DNA from: a virus | Lineage: Duplodnaviria > Caudoviricetes | DNA: 28,269 nucleotides | Virus record (IMG/VR): IMGVR_UViG_3300016471_000119 | Coordinates: 1-28,269 of that record | Reading direction: 5' to 3' (one strand) | In this document: positions 1 through 7,847 of the stretch, one piece after another | Layout: each line of letters opens with the position of its first letter | Numbering within the stretch: position 1 is the stretch's first letter | The notes under the pieces: model-generated | The model's input: the letters and a program-made list of their open reading frames with translations, nothing else | Told to the model about the DNA's origin: nothing | Databases searched by the model: none | Position numbers and translations under genes: made by a program

Positions 1-20
1 GAGACTGCCTGATGGGGCAC
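1..20 (+). repeat. Terminal direct repeat, left copy (assembly circularisation overlap)
   Basis: GAGACTGCCTGATGGGGCAC identical to 28250-28269. Confidence 0.95.
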
Positions 21-37
21 TTTAAGATAGTAAGACT

Positions 38-658
38 ATGACTAAAGAACAACTAATTAAAGTGCTGTATCCTAACGTACCAAGCAGGGCACTATGTGAC
101 TACCTGGGTATTAATACCTCACAGCTTTACAATAGAGTATACAAGCTTGGTATCAAAAAGAACCCACGTATACGATACATGGATAACGTGAGAAATGGTA
201 CAGCTAACAGAGCTAAGACTCAGTTCAAGAAAGGCAATCAGCCCCACAACAAAGGTAGTAAGATGCCACCTCAAGTATATGATAAGGCAGCACCTACCAT
301 GTTTAAGCCAGGGCATAAGCCATTTAACACTAGGGAGCCTCATGCTACTAGCATCCGGATTGATACATCTGGTAAACCATACAGCTACACTAAGATAAAG
401 GATGGCCTATGGAAGCTCACTCATAGGGTGATGTGGGAGCAAGTACATGGTGAGATACCCAAGGGTTATGTGGTAAGGTTTAAGGATGGCAATACGATGA
501 ACCTAAAGATAGATAACCTGGAATGCATACCTATGAGAAAGAACATGACTAAAAACACCATACAACGCTATCCTATGGAGTTACAGCAGGTCATGAAATT
601 AAGGAGTAAACTAAACAAAACAATAAACAATGGCAAGAAACCAAATGAACGATCTTAG
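38..658 (+). CDS. HNH endonuclease with N-terminal HTH-like segment
   Basis: HRVMWEQVHGEIPKGYVVRFKDGNTMNLKIDNLECI is an HNH_3-type motif; repeated FKKGNQPHN/FKPGHKPFN motifs. Confidence 0.85.
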   Translation: MTKEQLIKVLYPNVPSRALCDYLGINTSQLYNRVYKLGIKKNPRIRYMDNVRNGTANRAKTQFKKGNQPHNKGSKMPPQVYDKAAPTMFKPGHKPFNTREPHATSIRIDTSGKPYSYTKIKDGLWKLTHRVMWEQVHGEIPKGYVVRFKDGNTMNLKIDNLECIPMRKNMTKNTIQRYPMELQQVMKLRSKLNKTINNGKKPNERS

Positions 659-875
659 AGATCACCTCTTTGCAGCTCTAGAGAGATTAAATGATGATGA
701 GCTAAGCCCTGAGCAACTATCTGCTGAAGTAGAGAAAGCACAGGCAATAAGTAACCTATCCAATGCAGTGATAGGTAGTGCTAAGGCCGAGATAGACTTC
801 ATGAAAGCTACAGGCATGATAGGTACTACCAGCAACCTGTTCAAAGGTGTTAATGATCCTAAAAAAATAGAGTAA
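630..875 (+). CDS. Hypothetical phage protein (NDLRDHLFAALERL type)
   Basis: Overlaps the HNH gene; A-rich initiation region; this type of protein often lies next to such HNH genes. Confidence 0.8.
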   Translation: MARNQMNDLRDHLFAALERLNDDELSPEQLSAEVEKAQAISNLSNAVIGSAKAEIDFMKATGMIGTTSNLFKGVNDPKKIE

Positions 876-1063
876 TGAAATACGTAAAATACTACAGAAT
901 GTGGCTTGAAGATACAGTAGAGCCACAAGGTGGCACATGGTGCTACATGGGAATGGATGAGAAAGGCTTTTTATGGCAGCTTAACTTTCAATATAAAGAT
1001 ACTGAGCAGGCAGACACCTTAGAACAATACCTCCGGTGGGGCTACAAAATTGAAGAGCTATGA
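875..1063 (+). CDS. Hypothetical protein
   Basis: TAATG coupling upstream and ATGA coupling downstream. Confidence 0.75.
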   Translation: MKYVKYYRMWLEDTVEPQGGTWCYMGMDEKGFLWQLNFQYKDTEQADTLEQYLRWGYKIEEL

Positions 1064-1509
1064 CAAAAGAAGATATGTACGAATGGCATGCCATCCAGAA
1101 CATGGACCTTATGCGGCTTGTTGACAAGTACGACCTCAAGAAGAGAACAAGAGCAAGAAGCTACTGCTACAAGCGTTTTTTTATAGCTCAGTACATGGTC
1201 CGCAAAAGGCACCTTACTGTATTCGTAGCAGGCCACCTGTTAGGTGTTGACCACAGCACTATATCCTATGCCATGAAGATGCATGATACCTGGTGGGAGA
1301 AAGATGCTGTATACATGAATGCTATCTACCCACTACCAGAGCTCATAAGTGGTGAGCATGTGCCTCAAACTTACAGCGTAGACTATGAAGAGGTGGATAT
1401 AGAGGAGTGTGTAGTCAATATACGTGGTAACTTTCCTCCAAAGTTATTAACTAAGTTTGATAAGCCTATGACAGGACCAGAATTAAGTACTATATTTGCT
1501 ATGTCGTAA
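1060..1509 (+). CDS. DNA-binding protein with DnaA domain IV-like helix-turn-helix
   Basis: VAGHLLGVDHSTISYAMK resembles the DnaA C-terminal RDHTTVLHA signature. Confidence 0.6.
   Translation: MTKEDMYEWHAIQNMDLMRLVDKYDLKKRTRARSYCYKRFFIAQYMVRKRHLTVFVAGHLLGVDHSTISYAMKMHDTWWEKDAVYMNAIYPLPELISGEHVPQTYSVDYEEVDIEECVVNIRGNFPPKLLTKFDKPMTGPELSTIFAMS
1491..1498 (+). promoter_or_regulatory. Bacteroidota primary-sigma -7 element (TATATTTG)
   Basis: Matches TAnnTTTG; lies ~30 nt upstream of an intrinsic terminator. Confidence 0.5.
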
Positions 1510-1551
1510 TTTCATATTAGGTTAATACGGGGGTCAACGGACCCCTTTTTT
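1501..1551 (+). ncRNA. Putative ~50-nt small antisense RNA
   Basis: Bounded by TAnnTTTG and a terminator; 5' half complementary to leaders at 27471-27491 and 5200-5220 and to the minus-strand start at 20247. Confidence 0.4.
1529..1551 (+). terminator. Rho-independent terminator
   Basis: GGGGTC-AACG-GACCCC hairpin followed by T6. Confidence 0.85.
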
Positions 1552-1560
1552 GTGCCCTTA

Positions 1561-1729
1561 ACATGACGATAAGACAATTCTCTATATATACGCTATAGTA
1601 AAAAGTCCATAGCAGTACTCTGAAGTTTTGTAAAATTTTGCGTCGCAGCGTCGCGGAATTGCTGAAACCCTTGTAAACATTGACTTTTAGACATGACGCA
1701 ACACATGACGCAAATTTTTTTTTTGTCTT
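1561..1729. repeat. Iteron-like direct and inverted repeats; putative replication origin
   Basis: ACATGACG at 1561, 1691 and 1703 (ACATGACGCAA twice); GCGTCGC at 1640 and 1648 carrying the GACGC core inverted; T10 tract; non-coding and directly upstream of the primase-helicase. Confidence 0.55.
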
Positions 1730-1753
1730 TTTAATTACATTAACGTCTTTTTA

Positions 1754-1761
1754 TATCTTTG
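1754..1761 (+). promoter_or_regulatory. Bacteroidota -7 promoter element (TATCTTTG) for primase-helicase
   Basis: TAnnTTTG 6 nt before ATG 1768. Confidence 0.7.
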
Positions 1762-1767
1762 TACCCC

Positions 1768-4140
1768 ATGTATAACCCAAACATATCCGTATTCAGGTCT
1801 CTATACCACAGCAAAGAGACCCCCTTCAAGCTCACAGCCATTGATGTATTCAATAGAATAAGGCAAGGCAACCCTGAGCTAAATAAGAAAATAGAAGCTA
1901 TTAGAGCTGGAGATAGTGAAAGCAAGAATAAGCTCATGGCTATCATGTTCAATGGTACCTTCAATGAGCGTAAAGATGATGGCCTAATAGAGCACTCAGG
2001 GCTATGTGTGATAGACTTTGATAAGTATCCTGATAAGGAAACTATGGAGAAGGACCGCAATAAGCTAATGAAATGTAACCACGTTTACCTCATGTTCACT
2101 TCTCCCTCTGGAAATGGACTTAAAGCTGTTATACGTATACCTCGTTGTGATAAGTTTGAGCACAAGAGAAGGTTCGGAGCCTTTGGTGAGTACTTCAAGA
2201 GCAAGTACTTTGATGCTGCCAACTGCAATGTATCCAGGGTATGCTTTGAAAGCTATGATCCTAATGCCTATCTCAATGAATTTGCCGAGGAGTTTAGAGG
2301 TATCCAAGATGACAAGGGATATACCATGATTGAGAAGCCTATGGTCCTACCTCTTACCAATGAAGATAAGATCATTGAGCTTATTATGAAGTTCAAGCAT
2401 GGCCCCTTCACCGAAGGCAATAGAGCTAACTGGCTCTTCAAGGTGGCCATGTGCATGTGTGAGTATGGGGTAGATGAGCGTATAGCACGTAACTACCTAC
2501 TGCAGAAGCAAGAGCCTGGCTTTACTGCCGATGAAATCAATAACACCGTAAGCAACTGCTACATGCGTGGTAACTTTGCAAGCAAGTACTTCGAGGATAG
2601 GCAGACTATGGATAAGGTAAAGGTTAAACTCAAGGATGGTGTAAGCAAGGAGGATATCAAGAAGCAGTTAGGTGTAGATGATAACGTGATAGATAAGGTG
2701 CAAACTGAGGTGCAGAATGTAGATGATAAGTTCTGGGAGGGTGAAGGTGCCAAGGTCAAGATAGTACCGAATAATTTTGCCAAGTTCCTGCATAAGCATG
2801 GCTTTGCCAAGTACTACCCGGAAGGTAGCAAGAAGCCTACCTTTGTATACATCCAGGAGAATAAGGTGAATGAGTCCTCCACTGAGCTTATTAAGGACTT
2901 TGTACTCACTTATCTCCGCAAAGATGAGACCATTGATGTATACAACCACTGTGCTAAGTCCACCGCCCTGTTTACTGAAAACTATCTTAACATGCTAGAT
3001 AGCATAGATATGAACCTCCTGCAGGATAGCAAGCATGTGAGCTTCATACCCTTCAAAAATGGTGTAGTAAGGTGCACCAAGGATAGTGTGGACCTGCTCA
3101 GCTACATTGATATTGATGGCTACATCTGGAACGGGCAAATCATAGGCAGAAACTTTACACGATTAGAGTCTCATGTTAACAATTTTCAGGATTTTATACG
3201 TAAGGTATCTGCTAATGATGATAACAGGGTGCAGGCCATGGAGACTATATTAGGGTATCTACTGCATACGTTTAAGGATAAAACTGATCAGAAGGCTATC
3301 ATATTCAATGACCAGGAGATAGATGATAACCCTAATGGAGGGAGTGGTAAGAGCTTAGTGCTTACTGCACTGAGTAACATACGCAAAGTGATTAAGATAG
3401 ATGGTAAGGCCTTCAACCCGGGCAAGAGTGATTTTGTGTACCAACGTGTTAACCTGGATACACAGGTGTTAGCCTTTGATGATGTTAGGAAAAATTTTGA
3501 CTTTGAGCACCTCTTTAGCCTGATCACTGAGGGTATACCGGTCAACCGCAAGAATAAGGATGAGATATACATACCATTTGAGCGTTCACCCAAGGTGGTT
3601 ATTACCACTAACTATGTGATATCAGGCTCAGGTACCTCACATGACCGTAGAAGGCATGAAATAGAGTTTTTTCAGTACTTTAATAGCCATCATAACCCCG
3701 TGCAAGAGTATGGCAAGCTCCTATTCGATGAGTGGACTGCAGAGGAGTGGAGCTTGTTTGACAATTACATGCTAAGCAACCTGCAGAAGTACCTACAGAT
3801 AGGGCTATTTAAGACTGTTAGTATCAATGCTGATGCTAAGAGGCTGATACAAGCCACCTGCAAGGAGTTCTATGACTTTGCACTGGATCCAGATGTATTA
3901 CCACTGAATAAAAGGCTGTACAACTCACCTACATTAGTGAGCTTTCAAAATGATACCAAGAGCTTCAAGGAGCTAAGCCCTAAGCAGTTCCTCAAGTGGG
4001 TGGCTGAGTGGGCTAATTACAAGGGGTATACCATGGTCAAGAGTAAGGATCACATGGGTAGATACTTTGAGTTGCAGGATGGCAATAAGAATGAAACTGA
4101 TTTTAACCAAATAACACCAAGCAATGAAGCACCTTTTTAA
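1768..4140 (+). CDS. Primase-helicase: BT4734/VirE_N-like N-terminus, PriCT-like domain, SF3 (D5/P4-like) helicase
   Basis: HSGLCVIDFD and FTSPSGNGLKAVIRI; GNRANWLF; Walker A GGSGKS, Walker B LAFDD, motif C VITTN; start moved to ATG 1768. Confidence 0.85.
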   Translation: MYNPNISVFRSLYHSKETPFKLTAIDVFNRIRQGNPELNKKIEAIRAGDSESKNKLMAIMFNGTFNERKDDGLIEHSGLCVIDFDKYPDKETMEKDRNKLMKCNHVYLMFTSPSGNGLKAVIRIPRCDKFEHKRRFGAFGEYFKSKYFDAANCNVSRVCFESYDPNAYLNEFAEEFRGIQDDKGYTMIEKPMVLPLTNEDKIIELIMKFKHGPFTEGNRANWLFKVAMCMCEYGVDERIARNYLLQKQEPGFTADEINNTVSNCYMRGNFASKYFEDRQTMDKVKVKLKDGVSKEDIKKQLGVDDNVIDKVQTEVQNVDDKFWEGEGAKVKIVPNNFAKFLHKHGFAKYYPEGSKKPTFVYIQENKVNESSTELIKDFVLTYLRKDETIDVYNHCAKSTALFTENYLNMLDSIDMNLLQDSKHVSFIPFKNGVVRCTKDSVDLLSYIDIDGYIWNGQIIGRNFTRLESHVNNFQDFIRKVSANDDNRVQAMETILGYLLHTFKDKTDQKAIIFNDQEIDDNPNGGSGKSLVLTALSNIRKVIKIDGKAFNPGKSDFVYQRVNLDTQVLAFDDVRKNFDFEHLFSLITEGIPVNRKNKDEIYIPFERSPKVVITTNYVISGSGTSHDRRRHEIEFFQYFNSHHNPVQEYGKLLFDEWTAEEWSLFDNYMLSNLQKYLQIGLFKTVSINADAKRLIQATCKEFYDFALDPDVLPLNKRLYNSPTLVSFQNDTKSFKELSPKQFLKWVAEWANYKGYTMVKSKDHMGRYFELQDGNKNETDFNQITPSNEAPF

Positions 4141-4342
4141 CATGACTGTACTGGTCCTGCTATTGGCAGGCTGTAAAAGCACTGCCTACTCATGGGGCAA
4201 GTATGAATACCTTGAAATTGTAGGACATAGCCCAAAAATACCTACCTTTGGCGAGGATGGGCTAAACCTACCACCTGGTAAGTATATCATAAAAGCCTAC
4301 AAGGGGCAAGAAGTAACCTATATTAAGTATGAACCGAAATGA
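4124..4342 (+). CDS. Small putative lipoprotein
   Basis: MKH, hydrophobic VLVLLL and lipobox LAG-C. Confidence 0.65.
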   Translation: MKHLFNMTVLVLLLAGCKSTAYSWGKYEYLEIVGHSPKIPTFGEDGLNLPPGKYIIKAYKGQEVTYIKYEPK

Positions 4343-4752
4343 ATACAAGTACTTATTTAAGATATTTGGACATTGGGTTATGTCAATGGAATGACAAACC
4401 TATTTTATATCTTATGCATGCATTGGGTACAGACAGATGGAAAATAGGAATTACAAATAATATAAGAAATAGATGGTATTCTGTTCACAGTCAAAGCCCT
4501 TTTGATATAACTGTATGTAAAATATGTATATGTGACAGCAGAGATACAGCTAAAAAACTTGAATATCAGTTTATGCAACAAAACAAAAATAGATTTGTCA
4601 AAGGTGAATGGTTTATATGTAATTATGTAGATATTTTTGAATTAGAAGAGATGATATTTGGTTATGAATACTCCCATTACATTGATAGAGATTTATATGA
4701 TTATGTAAGAATGAAACGAGATGAACAAAGAACACAAGAAACTACTCCATGA
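4339..4752 (+). CDS. T5orf172/MUG113 (GIY-YIG-related) domain protein
   Basis: LYLM...WKIGITNNIRNR...SPF...LE...KGEWF pattern; noticeably AT-rich. Confidence 0.75.
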   Translation: MNTSTYLRYLDIGLCQWNDKPILYLMHALGTDRWKIGITNNIRNRWYSVHSQSPFDITVCKICICDSRDTAKKLEYQFMQQNKNRFVKGEWFICNYVDIFELEEMIFGYEYSHYIDRDLYDYVRMKRDEQRTQETTP

Positions 4753-5173
4753 GCTGAAGCTCAAGAAGTGGGCTGAGAAAAACTCAGAATTTCCACCTAA
4801 CTATATACCTAAAACAGTGTACAAAGACTCAACAGCAAACGGCCTAACCAAGGCAATCATAGATTATATCACCCTGCATGGATACCAAGCAGAACGTATC
4901 AATACAATGGGTGTAGCACGTACCAAGTACCGCACTGATGGCTCAGTGGCAGGAGTTCAATGGACTAAGGGTACCGGTACACCAGGCTCAGCAGATATAT
5001 CTGCCACCATTAAAGGCAGAAGCGTGAAGATTGAGGTCAAGATTGGTAAGGATAGGCAGAGTGATGCTCAGAAGAGATACCAGGAGAAGATAGAACAGGC
5101 AGGAGGGGTGTACTACATAGCACGTAACTTTGATGATTTTGTAAATTTTTTTAATGAAATCGTAAATAATTAA
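4721..5173 (+). CDS. VRR-NUC / PD-(D/E)xK nuclease, possible resolvase
   Basis: GSADISATIKGRSVKIEVKIGKDRQSDAQKRYQEKIEQAGGVYYIAR. Confidence 0.8.
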   Translation: MNKEHKKLLHELKLKKWAEKNSEFPPNYIPKTVYKDSTANGLTKAIIDYITLHGYQAERINTMGVARTKYRTDGSVAGVQWTKGTGTPGSADISATIKGRSVKIEVKIGKDRQSDAQKRYQEKIEQAGGVYYIARNFDDFVNFFNEIVNN

Positions 5174-5183
5174 AGTAAAATTG

Positions 5184-5191
5184 TATATTTG
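5184..5191 (+). promoter_or_regulatory. Bacteroidota -7 promoter element (TATATTTG) for the recombination operon
   Basis: TAnnTTTG in an AT-rich intergenic gap 23 nt before the ERF start. Confidence 0.7.
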
Positions 5192-5214
5192 TAGAAATTT
5201 TAACTCAATAAATT

Positions 5215-5757
5215 ATGACAACAAGAAAAACAGCTCAAGCTGAAGAGCCTAAACCAGCACCAAAGCCAATGAACATCTATCAAAAGCTGCACCTGGCGAA
5301 GCAGTCCATGGGTAAGGTGATTAAGAACGCCACTAACCCACACCTTAAGCGTAACTATGCTGATATCAATAGTATCATTGATACAGTAGAGCCTATCCTA
5401 CTAGACTGTGGACTGCTACTGATACAGCCAGTGAAGGATGATAAGGTGTATACTATCATCATTGATATTGAAAGTGAAGACACCCTTGAGAGCTTTATGC
5501 CCCTTCCTTTAATCACCGATGCACAGAAGCTTGGTGGAGCCATCACCTACTTCCGCAGGTACACCCTAGTATCTCTTCTATCCTTACAAGCTGTGGATGA
5601 TGATGGGTATGAGGCTTCAAGGCCTTCTAAGAATAAGCCTACCCTGGATGGGGATAGATGGGCTAAGGCACTGGCAGCAGTTAAGGCAGGCAAATTCACA
5701 GCTGAGCAGATAAAAGAGATGTACAACCTAACTCAAGAGCAGGAGGCACAGCTATGA
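5215..5757 (+). CDS. erf: ERF-family single-strand annealing protein
   Basis: KNATNPH...YADINSI and Q-x-LGGAITYFRRYTLVSLLSLQAVDDDG ERF signature. Confidence 0.88.
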   Translation: MTTRKTAQAEEPKPAPKPMNIYQKLHLAKQSMGKVIKNATNPHLKRNYADINSIIDTVEPILLDCGLLLIQPVKDDKVYTIIIDIESEDTLESFMPLPLITDAQKLGGAITYFRRYTLVSLLSLQAVDDDGYEASRPSKNKPTLDGDRWAKALAAVKAGKFTAEQIKEMYNLTQEQEAQL

Positions 5758-6377
5758 AGTTCAGAGCATCACAATTAGGCAAGCTAATGACCTCCTCCAG
5801 GACTAAGGGGGAGGCATTGAGCCAAACAGCTAAGAGCTACATCATTGAGAAAGCTAAGCAGGACTTTTATGGCTACCGGAGTGAGCTCACTAACAAGTAC
5901 GTACTCAAGGGTATTGAGCAAGAGCAGGATAGCATTGATTTGCTTAACCTGGTACGTGTGGAGAACTATGCCAAGGACTGCCCTCCTGCTGAAAATGAAT
6001 GGCTAACTGGTTGCTGTGATATCATCACTGAGGATAGGGTGCTTGATATCAAAACCTCCTGGTCCTTAGATACCTTCCCTGCCACTACCTTTGAGTTCAA
6101 GGATACCTCAGACTATGAATGGCAAGGCAGGGCATATATGTGGCTATACGATAGGCCTATATTTGAGCTGTGCTATGTTATGGTGAGCACTCACCCAGAG
6201 TTCCTGAGCCAATATGACCCCATTGATATACATGAGGTGGACCACATAGACCCTGCTAAGCGTATCACTAGCCTTACCTTTGAGCGTGATACTACACTGG
6301 AGATACAGATGATTGAGAAGCTCACAGCGGCATCTTTATTTTATGACCAAGTATTAACCCAATTAAATAATAAATAA
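5754..6377 (+). CDS. YqaJ/lambda-exonuclease-like PD-(D/E)xK exonuclease
   Basis: FRASQLGKLMT, KGIEQE, GCCDII...LDIKTSW, YEWQGRAYMWL; coupled to ERF. Confidence 0.8.
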   Translation: MKFRASQLGKLMTSSRTKGEALSQTAKSYIIEKAKQDFYGYRSELTNKYVLKGIEQEQDSIDLLNLVRVENYAKDCPPAENEWLTGCCDIITEDRVLDIKTSWSLDTFPATTFEFKDTSDYEWQGRAYMWLYDRPIFELCYVMVSTHPEFLSQYDPIDIHEVDHIDPAKRITSLTFERDTTLEIQMIEKLTAASLFYDQVLTQLNNK

Positions 6378-6577
6378 TGAAAACAAGAGATGAATTTTTT
6401 GAAGCGGCAGTGCTTGCTGCCTTCCAGGGCTTACTTGCTGCATCCGGACACTATCGTGATGAGCTAATCAACAACCCATGTGAATACGTGGCTAATGCTG
6501 CAAGGCAATATGCTGATGAGCTTACTGAGCAGTTGTATGGTCCTGAGTTACCAGTGATCAGGGAGCGTTTATTTTAA
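6377..6577 (+). CDS. Hypothetical protein
   Basis: TAATG coupling; RDEF..AA.AA.QGLLA...A..YADEL pattern seen in small phage proteins. Confidence 0.75.
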   Translation: MKTRDEFFEAAVLAAFQGLLAASGHYRDELINNPCEYVANAARQYADELTEQLYGPELPVIRERLF

Positions 6578-6598
6578 GCCAAAACTGATTTTTTTTAC

Positions 6599-6606
6599 TA
6601 CATTTG
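6599..6606 (+). promoter_or_regulatory. Bacteroidota -7 promoter element (TACATTTG)
   Basis: TAnnTTTG after a T-run, 7 nt before ATG 6614. Confidence 0.6.
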
Positions 6607-6613
6607 GCGAACT

Positions 6614-6829
6614 ATGAAAGCAACCATTGAATACAACCTGCCAGACGATCAACATGAGTATGACCTGGCCAACAGTGCTAGTGATATGTACAATGCACTC
6701 TTTGAAATTAACGAAAAGCTGCGTAGCCTACACAAATACGGTGATCTTAATGGTGAGCAGTGGGAGATGGTAGATAAGATATACCAAGATTTTCATGATA
6801 TACTAATATATAACAAGATACAGCTATGA
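6614..6829 (+). CDS. Hypothetical protein (MKATIEYNLPDD type)
   Basis: Clean ORF directly after a promoter. Confidence 0.75.
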   Translation: MKATIEYNLPDDQHEYDLANSASDMYNALFEINEKLRSLHKYGDLNGEQWEMVDKIYQDFHDILIYNKIQL

Positions 6830-6921
6830 TACTACTACTTTCAATACTGCTCGCCCCTGCCGTAGTGTGGGGGTGGACTTTTACTATCTATCAAATAATC
6901 AATATCTATAAAAATGAGTGA
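6826..6921 (+). CDS. 31-aa hydrophobic/membrane peptide (not in ORF track)
   Basis: MILLLSILLAPAVVWGWTFTIYQIINIYKNE; ATGA overlap upstream, overlaps the next start. Confidence 0.6.
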   Translation: MILLLSILLAPAVVWGWTFTIYQIINIYKNE

Positions 6922-7243
6922 GTTTAAAGGAGAGGTGGTGTTCGTTACCCCTACAAAGTCAGTATCTGACAAGTTTAAGAAGAGAGACATCACCCTCAAA
7001 TCTGAAGGTGAGTATCCACAGTACGTAACATTTGAGCTAACACAGGATAAGTGTGACCTAGCCAACAACCTCAAGGCAGGTGATGTGGTGGAGCTCAAGT
7101 ACAACCTACGTGGCCGGAAGTGGGAGGCTCAGGATGGTACCATTAAGTACTTCAACACCATTGAAGCATGGAGCATGACTTTATCTAGTGGTGGAAAACA
7201 AGTTGATAAAAATAATGAGGACTCTGACGATCTACCTTTCTGA
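6914..7243 (+). CDS. DUF3127 family protein (putative OB-fold ssDNA-binding protein)
   Basis: FKKRD...EYPQYVTFELTQDKCD...YNLRGRKW...YFNTIEAW and acidic DDLPF tail. Confidence 0.85.
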   Translation: MSEFKGEVVFVTPTKSVSDKFKKRDITLKSEGEYPQYVTFELTQDKCDLANNLKAGDVVELKYNLRGRKWEAQDGTIKYFNTIEAWSMTLSSGGKQVDKNNEDSDDLPF

Positions 7244-7469
7244 GGGTGAGACACTGAGCCAATGGGCTGTAAAGCAAGCCAATAGCATGCTAAATGATAG
7301 GTACCGGCTAGTACACCTTGCCCTGGATATGAAGGCACCATACCATACTGTTCGTAGGTTTGTAGCAGGTGAGAACGTGGCACTAGAGATACAGGATAAA
7401 TTTATTTCGCTATATTTGAAGCATGTATACTCTGCTCATCCTAATACCTATAGCGTGGTGGCTCACTGA
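7215..7469 (+). CDS. Hypothetical protein, possible HTH
   Basis: LVHLALDMKAPYHTVRRFVAGE resembles an XRE-type HTH; ATG at 7215. Confidence 0.6.
   Translation: MRTLTIYLSEGETLSQWAVKQANSMLNDRYRLVHLALDMKAPYHTVRRFVAGENVALEIQDKFISLYLKHVYSAHPNTYSVVAH
7411..7418 (+). promoter_or_regulatory. Bacteroidota -7 promoter element (TATATTTG) for the block ending in the sigma-like gene
   Basis: TAnnTTTG 4 nt before ATG 7423. Confidence 0.5.
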
Positions 7470-7650
7470 GTTTGAACCTCTACAGGCAACTATTGACCGC
7501 ATTCCTATGTCCTCATGGCTAAGGGATGCCTTCTTATGTATTAAGTGTGTAGCATTCTGGCTTACCTTGATAGTAACCTTTAATTTTATCTTAGCATGTC
7601 AGGCAGCTCTATTGGCTTACCTGTTGAACAGAGTGATAGCCAGGTTGTAG
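7423..7650 (+). CDS. Small membrane protein with CxxC-x-x-FW motif (DUF1360-like)
   Basis: Hydrophobic segments; FLCIKCVAFWLTL. Confidence 0.65.
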   Translation: MYTLLILIPIAWWLTEFEPLQATIDRIPMSSWLRDAFLCIKCVAFWLTLIVTFNFILACQAALLAYLLNRVIARL

Positions 7651-7847
7651 ATAGAGTACTATCTCTACCGGATACCCTCAAGTATACTAAGCATTCACTT
7701 GCTGAGCTGCTCAAGATACGTATTAAGTATGAAGGTAAGCAACCCCAGGAGTGCTTCTGTGCTTCTGTGAGACGCAAGGTATGGTTCAAAGAGTTTACAC
7801 TATGGTATGAAGGCTATCTTAGATCAGTTGGTATCGAGTCAGTATAG
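7596..7847 (+). CDS. Hypothetical protein (start uncertain)
   Basis: Fills the gap between neighbours; ECFCASVRRKVW motif. Confidence 0.6.
   Translation: MSGSSIGLPVEQSDSQVVDRVLSLPDTLKYTKHSLAELLKIRIKYEGKQPQECFCASVRRKVWFKEFTLWYEGYLRSVGIESV

Noticed and set aside
1-20. Biological terminal repeats or att sites
   Set aside because: An exact short overlap lying within ORFs is more simply an assembly circularisation overlap; no integrase is present
1483-1515. Minus-strand 10-codon ORF MKLRHSKYST with a plausible initiation context
   Set aside because: Too short and no minus-strand promoter seen; kept only as an alternative explanation (vestigial gene start) for the anti-leader appearance of 1501-1528
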